64,000 nucleotides of DNA from Mustelus asterias (Eukaryota). The position numbers were made by a program, and so were the translations under genes. Below the pieces are notes generated by a model, which had not been told where the DNA came from, searched no databases, and worked only from the letters and a program-made list of their open reading frames with translations. Shown piece after piece: positions 1 to 10,319 of this stretch (the stretch's first letter is position 1; each line of letters starts with the position of its first letter). The stretch is taken from the NCBI RefSeq assembly GCF_964213995.1, contig NW_027590140.1:1054001-1118000 (forward strand), given 5' to 3'.

Positions 1-920
1 CAAATGTGAAATTGTCCATTTTTGCAGGAAGAATGAAAAAGAAGCATTTTGTCTAAATGGTGATAGATTGCAGAGCTCAGAGATTCAGAGGTACTTTGAG
101 TGTCCGAGTGCATAAATCACAAAACACGAATAAGCAGGTAAAGCAAGTAATTAGGAAAACTATTAGAATGTTTTCATTCATTGTGAAGGGAATTGAATAC
201 AGAACTAGGAAGATTATGCTTCAGTTGTACAGGTCACTAGTGAGACCGCATCTGGAGTACTGTGTACATTATTGATCACCTTATTTAAGGAAGGATGTAA
301 GTATGCTGGAGACAGTTCGGAGAAGGTTTATCAGACCAATACTTGAAATGATGTGGAGATGCCGGTATTCGACTGGGGTGGGCACAGTAAGAAGTCTCAC
401 AACACCATGTTCAAGTCCAAAAGTTTTATTTGGAATCACGAGCTTTCGGAGTGCTGCTCCTTCCTCAGGTGAGGAAGGAGCAGCGCTCCAAAAGCTCGTG
501 ATTCCAAATACACCTGTTGGTCTTTAACCTGGTGCTGTGAGACATCTTACAATGCCTGAAATTGATGGGCTGTGTTATGAGGAATGGTTGGACTGGCTGG
601 AGTGTATCCGCTGGAGTTTAGAAGAGTAAGTGGCGACTTGTTCCTGCAGGGTCTTGACAGGAAGGAGGCAGAGAGAATGCTCCTTCTTGTGGGATAATCT
701 AGAACTAGGGGTCACCCATTTAAAGTAGGGATGAGATTCCTTCTCCAAGTGTCGTGAGTCTTTGGAGCTCTCTTCCTGAAAAGGTGGTGGAAGCAGAGTC
801 TTTGAATATTTTAAGGCCGAGGTAGATGGATTCTTGGTAAGCAAGGGGGTGAAAGGATATTAGGGGTCAGCCGGAATAAGATTTAAGGTTACGAGCAGAT
901 TAGAGAGTAAAGGCCCATTC
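1..920 (+). mobile_element. CR1-type LINE 3' fragment (RT C-terminus), interrupted by a Penelope-derived insert at ~350-550
   Basis: Translates to ...GIEYRTRKIMLQLYRSLVRPHLEYCVHY..., a CR1 ORF2 C-terminal motif; degenerate. Confidence 0.85.
350..550. mobile_element. Penelope pLTR-derived fold-back element (~80-bp inverted arms, 387-550)
   Basis: Start tgatgtggagatgccgg matches the terminus of the Penelope copy at 4396. Arms are reverse complements centred at ~468. Flanks aatacttgaaat / aatgcctgaaat resemble a TSD. Confidence 0.8.
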
Positions 921-1262
921 TGCTCAATCTCTTCTCATTGGCAGTCCTGTCATTCCACGAAGCAGTTGGTGAACATTTCTTTCTCTTCCTCTGGGGCAAT
1001 TCTCTGGGTAAGAAGACCCAAACTCTGCAGCGTGTTCCAGGTGCGGTTTCACCAAACTCGACAAAATTGCAGAAAGATTTCCTCACTCTGAAACTGCATC
1101 CCCGGGGAATAAATGCTAACCGACCATCTGCATCCTAATGTCCTACTGTATCTACATGCTGTCTCTTTGTGATTTGAGGACAAGTATTCTCTGATTCTCT
1201 CTGAACTTTTCTCCGTCTCTCACCTCTTTCTGAACTTCCTCCTTTTCCATTCTCACTCTCAG

Positions 1263-1423
1263 TCTGTAGGGTGTTGGGAAATTCGAATCAGCTCTGGCTG
1301 CAGTATCTCGACTACTTCATCATCGACCTGTTGGGGTTGGCCCTGGCCATCTACAAGTGCCAGGTGATGGGGCTGCTGCCCACTCACGCCTCCGACTGGT
1401 TGGCATTCATCCAGCCATCCCAG
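1263..1423 (+). pseudogene. EMC4: Isolated exon of ER membrane protein complex subunit 4 (EMC4/TMEM85), probably a duplicated fragment
   Basis: Pyrimidine tract + AG at 1261-62 and GT(GAGA) at 1424. The 161-nt exon reads [53 protein letters not shown], matching the EMC4 C-terminal motif [25 protein letters not shown]. No terminal exon was seen downstream. Confidence 0.85.
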
Positions 1424-1699
1424 GTGAGAGCGGCACTCGGTATGTGAGGGGGAGCCAGGAAAATAGGAAGAGGAAACCATGCAGGGCTCTGGAGCCTGAG
1501 AGATTGAGTAGATTGTGCCAAATTTGTTTTATGCATTTGTGGGGCATGGGCATCGCTGGCTGGTCACCATTGATTGCCCATCCCCAGTTGCTCTTGTTAA
1601 TTAGATGTGTTTGAGTGGCTGACATCCTCGTTGTGATTACATCTTCCCGAGATTCTTGACAATCTCAACTGGCAGGAACCGCAGTTTCAATCGGAAGAC

Positions 1700-1738
1700 A
1701 GTTTTTGTACAGGGTTGGCGCTGTTTTCAATTACTGTG
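1700..1738 (-). other. 23-bp-spacer recombination signal sequence (RSS) of the V gene
   Basis: CACAGTA (1738-1732) + 23 nt + ACAAAAACT (1708-1700). Confidence 0.93.
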
Positions 1739-2184
1739 AGTCCCAGGGCGCAGTAATACACGGCAGCGTTAATCGGCTGCAAGTCCATGATGGTTAACCT
1801 TGTGGTGGAGTGTGACAGCTGCAGGTCTGAAGCAAAACGGTTTCCTAACGCCGAGCCTTTCCATTCCACGGTATCCCAAGACCTTCTCCATACAATAAAT
1901 TGGGGCTCCTTCGCTGGTTGCTGCAGGTACCAATGTACATAGTACCAACCTTCTGTAGTGCTATAGGTACATTTTATAGTCACGGCTTCACCTTCTCTCA
2001 CGCTCGCTGATGCCCGAGACTGAGTAACTGAATCTCCATCACTGTGACCTGCAATGTGTTCAGGAAGAAGACAAGACCGTAGGTTAACACAACACTAACA
2101 TTTCAGTTCGAATAGAACACGATTGGAATCATCCTTACCGACAATGAGTATCCCAAACACAATCCAGACTCTGAATACTTTCAT
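1739..2184 (-). CDS. T-cell receptor alpha/delta variable gene segment, apparently intact (leader exon 2184-2139, intron 2138-2049, V exon 2048-1739)
   Basis: Leader MKVFRVWIVFGILIV G|GTAAG; acceptor ttgcAG. V exon GHSDGDSVTQSRASASVREGEAVTIKCTYSTTEGWYYVHWYLQQPAKEPQF...INAAVYYCALG has Cys23, Trp41 and YYC104, no stops, and is followed by an RSS. Confidence 0.93.
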
Positions 2185-2210
2185 GGCTGCTGCGAAGTCC
2201 GAATCTCTTT

Positions 2211-2310
2211 CCCTTTATAATGTCAAACCCGAACCGGGACAAACACCTACGCAGGATTCAATTGGTTAAACTCACTTCCTCCTCCAGTGTTTTCCGGCAA
2301 TGACGCAATC
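2211..2310 (-). promoter_or_regulatory. Putative V-gene promoter
   Basis: On the minus strand: TATAAA ~30 nt upstream of the ATG, CCAAT (2261-65), ETS-like GGAAGT (2274-79), CRE-like TTGCGTCA (2301-08). Confidence 0.5.
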
Positions 2311-3913
2311 GTTAATATACCCGCCAGATATTTAAATCAGATTAAAATGAGGGCCGTGGACAGCTGAATTTCTTTCACCGACTGTATTAAATATGTACTG
2401 GTGGAACCAGTCACTCAGCGAGTACGGTCGAGTGAGCATGCTGAACTGCAGCTTTACTGAGGTCTGAGATTCATTTCCTGGGGCCGAGTTGGTCAGTTTC
2501 CGCCGCAATATTCATTCCATTCAGAGCTGGATAGTGGATTAACTTCAATGTCAAGTGCTGTTCAGGGTTACACTGACATGTTCCCCACACGACCCAGGCA
2601 TTGAGCCGGATTGTCTCTGCCCGCTCTGTAAAAGAGGAGTTGGATATTTAAGGTATCCTTTTGTCAACCACGCCATCAAGTTTCAGGATGTCCCTTGTGT
2701 ATCCAGTGATGCTGTGAGAGCGGTAGGGCGATGAATTGTCTGGCAGTGAATGTAAGTATCCAGAGCTGTGCTGCAGTCAGTGTCTGTTTCGGGGATTCAT
2801 TCCAAAGCTTTATTGGGCTTAATATTCAATGAACGAATGGTGACTTGGATGGGATCTCATTGCTGGAAGCTTGCTTTCCAGCCTAATGTAAATTGTTATT
2901 TCGTGTTCGTGGCCTCTTCGTGTTAAGTGGAAAGTGTAGAATGTAAAACTTCGAGGCAATTCTGTTCGAAAAGGACAGGGAACAATCAGCCAATGGACTA
3001 AAGGAATTTCAATTCTCACATACCTTCGAGGCAGCGCCCAGTGAGCAACAGTAAAACCACTGCGGAAATTGAACAGGCTGAATACAACCGACAACTGAAA
3101 GAAATTAGGGCGAGTTCTCAGGACGGTTGGAAACCACTAACAAGAACAGGGAGGAAACAACTCAGATGCAGAAATAAAACGAAATCAACTTGCAAATATT
3201 TCTAATAGAAGTAAAACGGTAGAATCGATGGACGGAAACAGACAATTAGCAGACAACACCTTGCAGTGTTGAACTACGGGCAAAGGTCGATCAATGACCC
3301 ACAGATATACATTGTCAGTTTGGATTAATAGGTGCGGACGAATATCTCTGCCCTGTGCTGAACCTTGATATGTACAGGGAAATAAAACTGCTGATTGTCC
3401 TTTGCGCAATCTAATCTAGACAGCAAATTATTATGTGAGAAGACTGAACATTTCTGATTTAGTTTACTGGTTCGTATTTCACCAATATATTTATTGGCAG
3501 ATATTTAATAAAAATAGAACCATACTCCGCCAAAAAAAAACACAATTATGTCAACAGTGGCAATAATTTGAAGGTGCTGCCAATGTACTCATTTGCCCTT
3601 CTTCGGTCCCCTTGGCACAGGGATCTTGTCCTGTCCCAGAAGTCCCTCTTCCCCACCTCAATTACCGTTTGAAAGTCAATGTTAAATCAGCTCCCACATC
3701 CACCCTTTCCGCTGTTCACTTCAGGTGACTGCAATTCTCTGTGAAAAAAAAGGTCTGAAGATCTGCCACTCTTGTTTATTTCCAATGATCAATGCATTTT
3801 GAAACAAATTCAATTAAACAAATTGCCGCAACAGGCAGGTATTCACCCGATTGATAAGTTTTCCCGGGGTAAACAGTGGCTAAACAAACAATCATTTTAT
3901 TTCTATCCTGCAG

Positions 3914-4212
3914 ATTCCAGCTGATCCGTGTAACCCAGTTCAATTCTCCAATCCTCTGCCGCAGGTGACAAGGTTACCTTAAGCTGTGAATATTCAGGGA
4001 ACTGTCAGCATTCTGGTACTGTCAGTCCCCAGGACAGGCTCTGAAATACTTGCTTCGGACACACACTTCGGGAGAGGGGAAGAAAAAAAATGCTGCCGGG
4101 TACAGAATTTCTGTTTATACCCATTCTTCAGTCAAAATCTGCAAGTTCGAAATCTCCAAACGACAACTGAGCGACTCTGCTGTGTATTACTGTGAACTGA
4201 GTGGACGTACGG
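3914..4212 (+). pseudogene. TCR delta V pseudogene resembling the NAR-TCR supporting V-delta (no leader, extra CDR1 Cys)
   Basis: cctgcAG acceptor. Reads FQLIRVTQFNSPIL/AAGDKVTLSCEYSGNCQH/WYCQSPGQALKYLL...ISKRQLSDSAVYYCELSGRT with two frameshifts. No hydrophobic leader exon is evident upstream. Confidence 0.8.
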
Positions 4213-4395
4213 CACAGTGACACAAAACACGGAGTGAGCTGTACAAAAACCTGGACATGGTGAGGATTACTGCCACAGTGATACAGAACACGGAGAGAGC
4301 TGTACAAACATCTGAACATGGTGCGGATTACAGACACAATGATACAGAACACGGAGAGAGCTGTACAAAAACCTGCTCATGGTGAGGATTACAGA
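4213..4395 (+). repeat. Three tandem 61-bp units, each a 23-RSS plus 22 nt
   Basis: CACAGTG(4213)-23-ACAAAAACC; CACAGTG(4274)-23-ACAAACATC; CACAATG(4335)-23-ACAAAAACC. Confidence 0.95.
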
Positions 4396-5300
4396 TGATG
4401 TGGAGATGCCGGTTTTGGACTGGGGTAAACACAGTAAAACGTCTCACAACACCAGGTTAAAGTCCAACAGATGTATTTGGTAGCACAAGCCACTAGCTTT
4501 CGGAGCGCTGTTCCTTCATCAGGTGAGTGGGATTTCAGTTCACAAACAGGGCATATAAGGACACAAATTCAATTTACAAAATAATGGTTGGAATGCGAGT
4601 CTTTACAGGTAATCAAGTCTTAAAGGTACAGACAATGTGACTGGAGAGAGGGTTAAGTACAGGTTAAATAGATGTGTATTGTCTCCAGCCAGGACAGCCA
4701 GTGAGATTTTGAAAGCCCAGGCAAGTCGTGGGGGTTACAGATGGCGTGACATGAACCCAAGATCCCGGTTGAGGCCGTCCTCATGTGTGCAGAACTTGGC
4801 TATCAGTCTCTGCTCAGCGACTCTGCGTTGTCGTGTGTCGTGAAGGCCTCCTTGGAGAACGCTTACCGGAAGATCAGAGGCTGAATACCCGTGACCGCTG
4901 AAGTGTTTCCCTACAGGAAGAGAACACTCTTGCCTGGTGATTGTCGAGCGGTGTTCATTCATGCGTTGTCGAAGCGTCTGCAAGGTCTCCGCAATATACC
5001 ATGCCTTGGGACATCCTTTCCTGCAGCGTATAAGATAGACAACGTTGGCCGATTTGCAAGTGTATGGACCGTGTACCTGGTGGATGGTGTTCTCACGTGA
5101 GATGATGGCATCTGTGTCGATGATCCGGCATGTCTTGCAGAGGTTGCTGTGGCAGGGTTGTGTGGTGTCGTGGTCACTGTTCTCCTGAAGGCTGGGTAGT
5201 TTGCTGTGGACAATGGTCTGTTTGAGGGCCTGGGCTTGCAAAATCTCGCTAACTGTCCTGGCTGGAGACAGTACACATCTCTTCAGCCTGTGCTTAACAC
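4396..5300 (-). mobile_element. Penelope-like retroelement, 5'-truncated (GIY-YIG endonuclease region + pLTR, inverted 5' segment)
   Basis: ORF 4735-5460 contains CKTC..., NVVYLIRCRKGCPKAWYIAET, LRQRMNEHR and GLNRDLGF. Segment 5227-5298 is an inverted copy of ~4650-4720. ACAGAT occurs on both sides. Confidence 0.9.
4491..4527 (-). ncRNA. Minimal hammerhead ribozyme-like core in Penelope pLTR
   Basis: Reverse complement CTCAC-CTGATGA-AGGAACAGCGCTCC-GAAA-GCTAGTG gives CUGAUGA...GAAA with a short stem II. Confidence 0.6.
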
Positions 5301-5556
5301 AGATAAACCGGATTCTGCAGAACCTACAAAATAAAGCAAAATATTTCTGTGATGCCTTTACCTGCCTTGCATGTGAGTTTGCCCGGGGAAACATAATCGC
5401 CTCCATAGCTGGCCATTTTGCCGTAATTGTTTCATTGAAGGGTGTTCGACATTTATTCACTATAGTTGGGGCGACGGTGGCATAGACGTGTTATCACTAG
5501 ATTAGATATCCAGAGATTTAGTAAGCCAAGTAATACTCTGGGGACACGGCTATGAA

Positions 5557-6522
5557 TCATAGAAACATTGATGATATGGGTAGGAGGAAGTTATTTGGTC
5601 CTGCGAGCCTGCTCCTCCATTCATTAGGATCATGGCTGATAATCCAACTCAATAGCCTGATCCTGCTTTTTCCCCATAACGTTTGATCCCATTCGCCCCA
5701 CGTGCTTTATCCAGCCGCTTCTTGAATAGATTCAATGTTTTCGCATCAACTAGTTCGCGTGGTAATGAATTCCACAGGCACACAACTGTTTGGGTGAAGA
5801 ATTGTCTCCTCACCTCCATCCGAAATGGTCTAACCTGTATCCTAACCCCAGTTTCTTGGACTCCCCCATCAGAGAACATAGAACATAGAACAGTACAGCA
5901 CAGAACAGGCCCTTCGGCCCACGATGTTGTGCCGAGCTTTATCTGAAACCAAGATCAAGCTATCCCACTCCCTATCATCCTGGTGTGCTCCATGTGCCTA
6001 TCCAATAACCGCTTAAATGTTCCTAAAGTGTCTGACTCCATATCACTGCAGGCAGTCCATTCCACACCCCAACCACTCTCTGCGTAGAAAACTACCTCTG
6101 AAATTCTTCCTATATCTTCCCCCACGAACCCTATAGTTATGCCCCCTTGTAATAGCTCCATCCACCCGAGGAAATTGTCTTTGAACGTTCACTCTATCTA
6201 TCCCCTTCATGATTTTATAAACCTCTATTAAGTCTCCCCTCAGCCTCTTCCGCTCCAGAGAGAACAGCCCTAGCTCCCTCAACCTTTCCTCATAAGACCT
6301 ACCCTCCAAACCAGGCAGCATCCTGGTAACTCTCCTCTGCACTCTTTCCAGCGCTTCCACATCCGTCTTATAGTGAGGTGACCAGAACTGCACACAATGT
6401 TCCAAATGTGGTCTCACCAAGGTCCTGTACAGTTGCAGCATAACCCCACGGCTCTTAAACTCCAACCCCCTGTTAATAAAAGCTAACACACTATTGGCCT
6501 TCTTCACAGCTCTATCCACTTT
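5557..6522 (-). mobile_element. Two adjacent CR1 LINE 3' fragments (5557-5872, 5873-6522)
   Basis: ORFs 5649-5879 and 6043-6519 (LVRPHLEHCVQFWSP, LRGDLIEVYKI); (agaacat)n-type tails. Confidence 0.9.
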
Positions 6523-6568
6523 GTGGAATTAAGATCTGATCAGAAGCAGTGTGGTGGTTGCTTCATGT

Positions 6569-6641
6569 GGGCTAGTAGTACAATGGATAACGCGTCTGAT
6601 TACGGGTCAGATGATTCCAGACTCTGTTCCTGGCTGGCTCG
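6569..6641 (+). tRNA. tRNA-Arg(ACG) pseudogene
   Basis: GGGCTAGTAGTACAATGGATAACGCGTCTGATTACGGGTCAG...CCTGGCTGGCTCG follows vertebrate tRNA-Arg-ACG; the T-loop/B-box is mutated. Confidence 0.8.
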
Positions 6642-6683
6642 ATGTAAACTTGGTGGCAGTTCGTCAACTCTCCGTTTTGAACA

Positions 6684-6750
6684 GTTTCTGCTGTGGTCAT
6701 CACATTCACCTCACACGCGAAAGATCCCGGTTCGAAACTGGGCGGAAACA
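6684..6750 (+). tRNA. tRNA-Val(CAC) pseudogene
   Basis: ...CCTCACACGCGAAAGATCCCGGTTCGAAACTGGGCGGAAACA with a deletion in the 5' half. Confidence 0.8.
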
Positions 6751-6809
6751 TTAATAAAACTTTCTCAGTTCGGTTGTGGGAAATCTGCAAGATTTCAATT
6801 TTTTATGGT

Positions 6810-7135
6810 CCACATGGTGGCACAATTGTTATTACTGCTGCCTCACAGCGCCGGGAACCCGGGGTCAGTTCCGGCATTGGCTCACTGTCTGTGTGGAGTC
6901 TGCATGTTCTCCCAGTGTCTGCATGGGTTTCCTCTGAATGCTACGATTTCCTCCCCCAGTCCCAAGATGTGCGGGTTGGGTGGATTGGCCATGATAAATT
7001 GTCCCTTAGTGTTAGGAGGACGAGCAGGGTAAATTGGTGGAGTTACGGGGATAGAGGCTGGGTGGGATTGTTGGTGGTGCAAGCTCGATGGGCCGAATGG
7101 TCTCCTTTTGCGCAGTAGGGATTCTATGATTTCTA
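6810..7135 (+). mobile_element. HE1-like tRNA-derived V-SINE
   Basis: Head ggtggcaca...ctgcctcacagcgcc, V-domain ctgtctgtgtggag...gggtttcctc, and ttctatga tail. Confidence 0.85.
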
Positions 7136-7689
7136 TCTGTAGGCCGAGTTGATGATGGAACTGTCGGTCTGATCATATTCGGCAGCCTGTTTTCTCAGCC
7201 ACTGCTGGAAACAGGTGCGTGACAGTTTGATGCAATGTTAATATGGTTTCCTCTTTGTCTATGTTTGAGGGCTGACAGCGCCAGTCCCCATTGTGGCTGC
7301 AACTGTCCACGACTCTACACTAACCACAGCAGACGTCTCGAGCTTTTGGCTAAAATTAACTATCAGATAAATCCCAAGATCAGGTGCAATGCCTTATCCT
7401 ATGAGCTTGGATCTTGTACATATCTCTTGCGGGCATCGTCAATTGGATTCAATTTAAATTTGAACTGTTGTTGGGGGCCGAATGTCCCCCTTCTAAGCCA
7501 TAAGGGTTCTATTCCTATGATTCTATGATTTATCATAAACTCCCTACGTGAGTCCTTCTTCTGATAAACTCTTCTGAATCCAATTTCTCCAGAGTGAAAT
7601 TGAGAGATGTTTGCATGCCTGAACGTTGCTGTTGCTGTTGCTTATCTCACCGATTGTTTGCAGACATGAGTAAGACTTCCTCCGAGTGC

Positions 7690-7831
7690 AGCTCATCGGG
7701 ATTAGACAATGCCAGAATAAAACAAACTCACTCCATGTAATATCATAGGTGAAACTTTTAAAAAACTACTTCTCCTTCTGTATTATCATTTGAGGGCAGT
7801 AACTCAGTGACAGATTTTCCATGACTGAGAT
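7690..7831 (-). pseudogene. Highly degenerate TCR V exon remnant (FR1-CDR1)
   Basis: tttcAG|DLSHGKSVTELLPSNDNTEGEVVF/SFTYDITWSEFVLFWHC resembles the GDSVTQ...EGE.V...CTY.T...YWY pattern of neighbouring V genes. Confidence 0.45.
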
Positions 7832-8049
7832 CTGAAATACATATTCACGTCGGAAAAAATCATATCGGAGTGTTATTAAACTCTTAAACATGATTTAGAA
7901 CTGAGATTAAATGTGTTTATTCCACAATTACCTGCCCGATACTCCCCTTCCCACCCCCATACAACTGAATTGCTCCCTTATCACATTGTCTCTGGACGCT
8001 CAATAAAAGGGAATGTAAAACAGAAAATGCTGGATAGATTCAGTAGGTA

Positions 8050-8770
8050 TTTGATTTGATTTATTATTGTGAGATGTTTTGGGATAGAGTTTGACTTTTT
8101 GCGCGCTATACAGACAAAGCATATCATGCATTGAGTACAAAGGGGAGAAGGAAATAACAGGGTGCTGAATATAATGTTACAGTCGCAGCAAGGATGTGGA
8201 GAAAAATCAACTGATATAAGGTCGGTCCATTCAAATATCTGACGGCAGCAGGGAAGAAGATTTTCTTGAGTGGGTCAGTACGTGATACGAGACATTCGTA
8301 TCCTTTTCCCAACGGTTGGAAGTGGAAGACCGCAGTGTATGGGGTCGTCATTATGCTGACTGTTTTTCTGAGGCAGCGGGAAGTGTAGACAGTGTCAATG
8401 GATGGGAGGCTGGTTTAAGTGATGGGCTGGGCTTCATTAAGAACCCTTTTCTGTTTCTTGTTGTCTTGGTCAGAGCAAGAACCATTCCAAGCTGTGATCC
8501 ATCCGAAGAGGATGCTTTCTATGGTACATCGGTAAAAATTGGTGAGACTCGTAGCGGATATGCCGAATTTCCTTAGCCTCCTGAGAACGTGGAGGCATTG
8601 GTGTGATTTCCTGGCCAGAATGTCAGCGTGGAGGGGCCAGGGCAGGTTGTTGATGATCTGGACACCCAGAAACCTGAAGCTCTCGCTCATTTCCACTGCA
8701 TATCCGTTGATGTAGGCAGGGGCATGCCCTCCACTAGGTTTCCTGAAGTCAACGACTATCTCCTTCGTTT
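8050..8770 (-). mobile_element. Rex1/Babar-type non-LTR retrotransposon 3' fragment
   Basis: KTKEIVVDFRK...FRFLGVQI...LRRLRKFG...LTNFYRCTIESIL. Confidence 0.8.
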
Positions 8771-10063
8771 TGACGAACATGTTGGATTTTTAGCTTGACG
8801 AACATGTTGGATTTTTATGAAGATGTGACTAGGGCGGTTGATGGAGGAGAACCGGTGGATGCGGTGTTTTTGGATTTCCAAAAGGCGTTTGATAAGGTGC
8901 CCCATAAAAGGCTGCTGAAGAAGATTAGGGCACACGGAGTTGGGGGTAGTGTGTTAAAGTGGATTGGGGACTGGCTATCCGACAGGAAGCAAAGAGTCGG
9001 AATAAATGGGTGTTTTTCCGGTTGGAGGAAGGTAACTAGTGGCGTGCCGCACGGATCGGTACTCGGGCCGCAAATATTTACCATTTATATAGATGTTCTG
9101 GAGGAGGGGACGGAGTGTAGGGTAACGAAGTTTGCAGACGACACAAAGATAAGTGGAAAAGTGAATCGTGTGGAGGACGGAGAAGATCTGCAGAGAGATT
9201 TGGACAGGCTGAGTGAGTGGGCGAGGATATGGCAAATGGAGTATAACGTTGATAAATACGAGGTTATACACTTTGGAGGAAATAATAACAAATGGGATTA
9301 CTATCTCAATGGAAACAAATTAAAACATGCTACCGTGCAAAGGGACCTGGGGGTCCTTGTGCATGAGACGCAAAAGCCCAGTCTGCAGATACAACAGGTG
9401 ATCAAGAAGGCAAATGGGATGTTGGCCTATATCGCGAGGGGGATAGAATATAAAAGCAGGGATGTCTTGATGCACCTGTACAGGGCATTGGTGAGGCCGC
9501 AGCTGGAATACTGTGTGCAGTATTGGTCCCCTTATATGAGGAAGGATATATTGGCATTGGAGGGAGTGCAGAGAAGGTTCACCAGGTTGATACCGGAGAT
9601 GAGGGGTTTGGATTATGAGGAGAGACTGAGGAGATTGGGTTTGTACTCGTTGGAGTTTAGAAGGATGAGGGGGGATCTTATGGAGACTTATAAGATAATG
9701 CGGGGGCTGGATAGGGTGGAGGCGGAGAGATTCTTTCCACTTAGTAAGGAAGTTAAAACTAGAGGACACAGCCTCAAAATAAAGGGGGGTCGGTTTAAGA
9801 CAGAGTTGAGGAGGAACTTCTTCTCCCAGAGGGTGGTGAATCTCTGGAATTCTCTGCCCACTGAGGTGGTGGAGGCTACCTCGCTGAATATGTTTAAAGT
9901 GCGGATGGATGGATTCCTGATCGGTAAGGGAATTAAGGGTTATGGCGATCAGGCGGGTAAGTGGTACTCATCCACGTCAGATCAGCCATGATCTTATTGA
10001 ATGGCGGGGCAGGCTCGAGGGGCTAGATGGCCTACTCCTGCTCCTATTTCTTATGTTCTTATG
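8770..10063 (+). mobile_element. Young 5'-truncated CR1 LINE (open 398-aa RT C-terminal frame)
   Basis: FLDFQKAFDKVPH, SGVPHGSVLGP, KFADDTK; (ttcttatg)n tail. Confidence 0.95.
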
Positions 10064-10319
10064 TTTTACTGACATTGTGGGAGATATTATTTTCGTCGCA
10101 CCAGATTCTCTATCTCTCTCCTTCACTCTGTCCTGTCATTGTTTGAAATCCGCCCGGCTATGGTGGTGACATCAGAAAACATTAGAATGGAGTTGGAGCG
10201 GAATTTACCTACACAGCAATTAGTGTTTCAGCAGTATAGCAAGGGGCTGAGGAAACAGCCTTTCGGGACACTGGTGTTAAGTAAAGTTGTGTTCCGTGGA
10301 TTAGGAAATCTAGGATCCA

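Noticed and set aside
4213-4395. CRISPR-like or D-segment interpretation of the 61-bp repeats
   Set aside because: Eukaryotic context; the intervening 22-mers are copies of each other and lack an upstream 12-RSS.
7255-7380. Minus-strand CACAATG after ETSAV..., a possible V 3' end
   Set aside because: YYC is not recoverable without assumed indels and the nonamer is poor.
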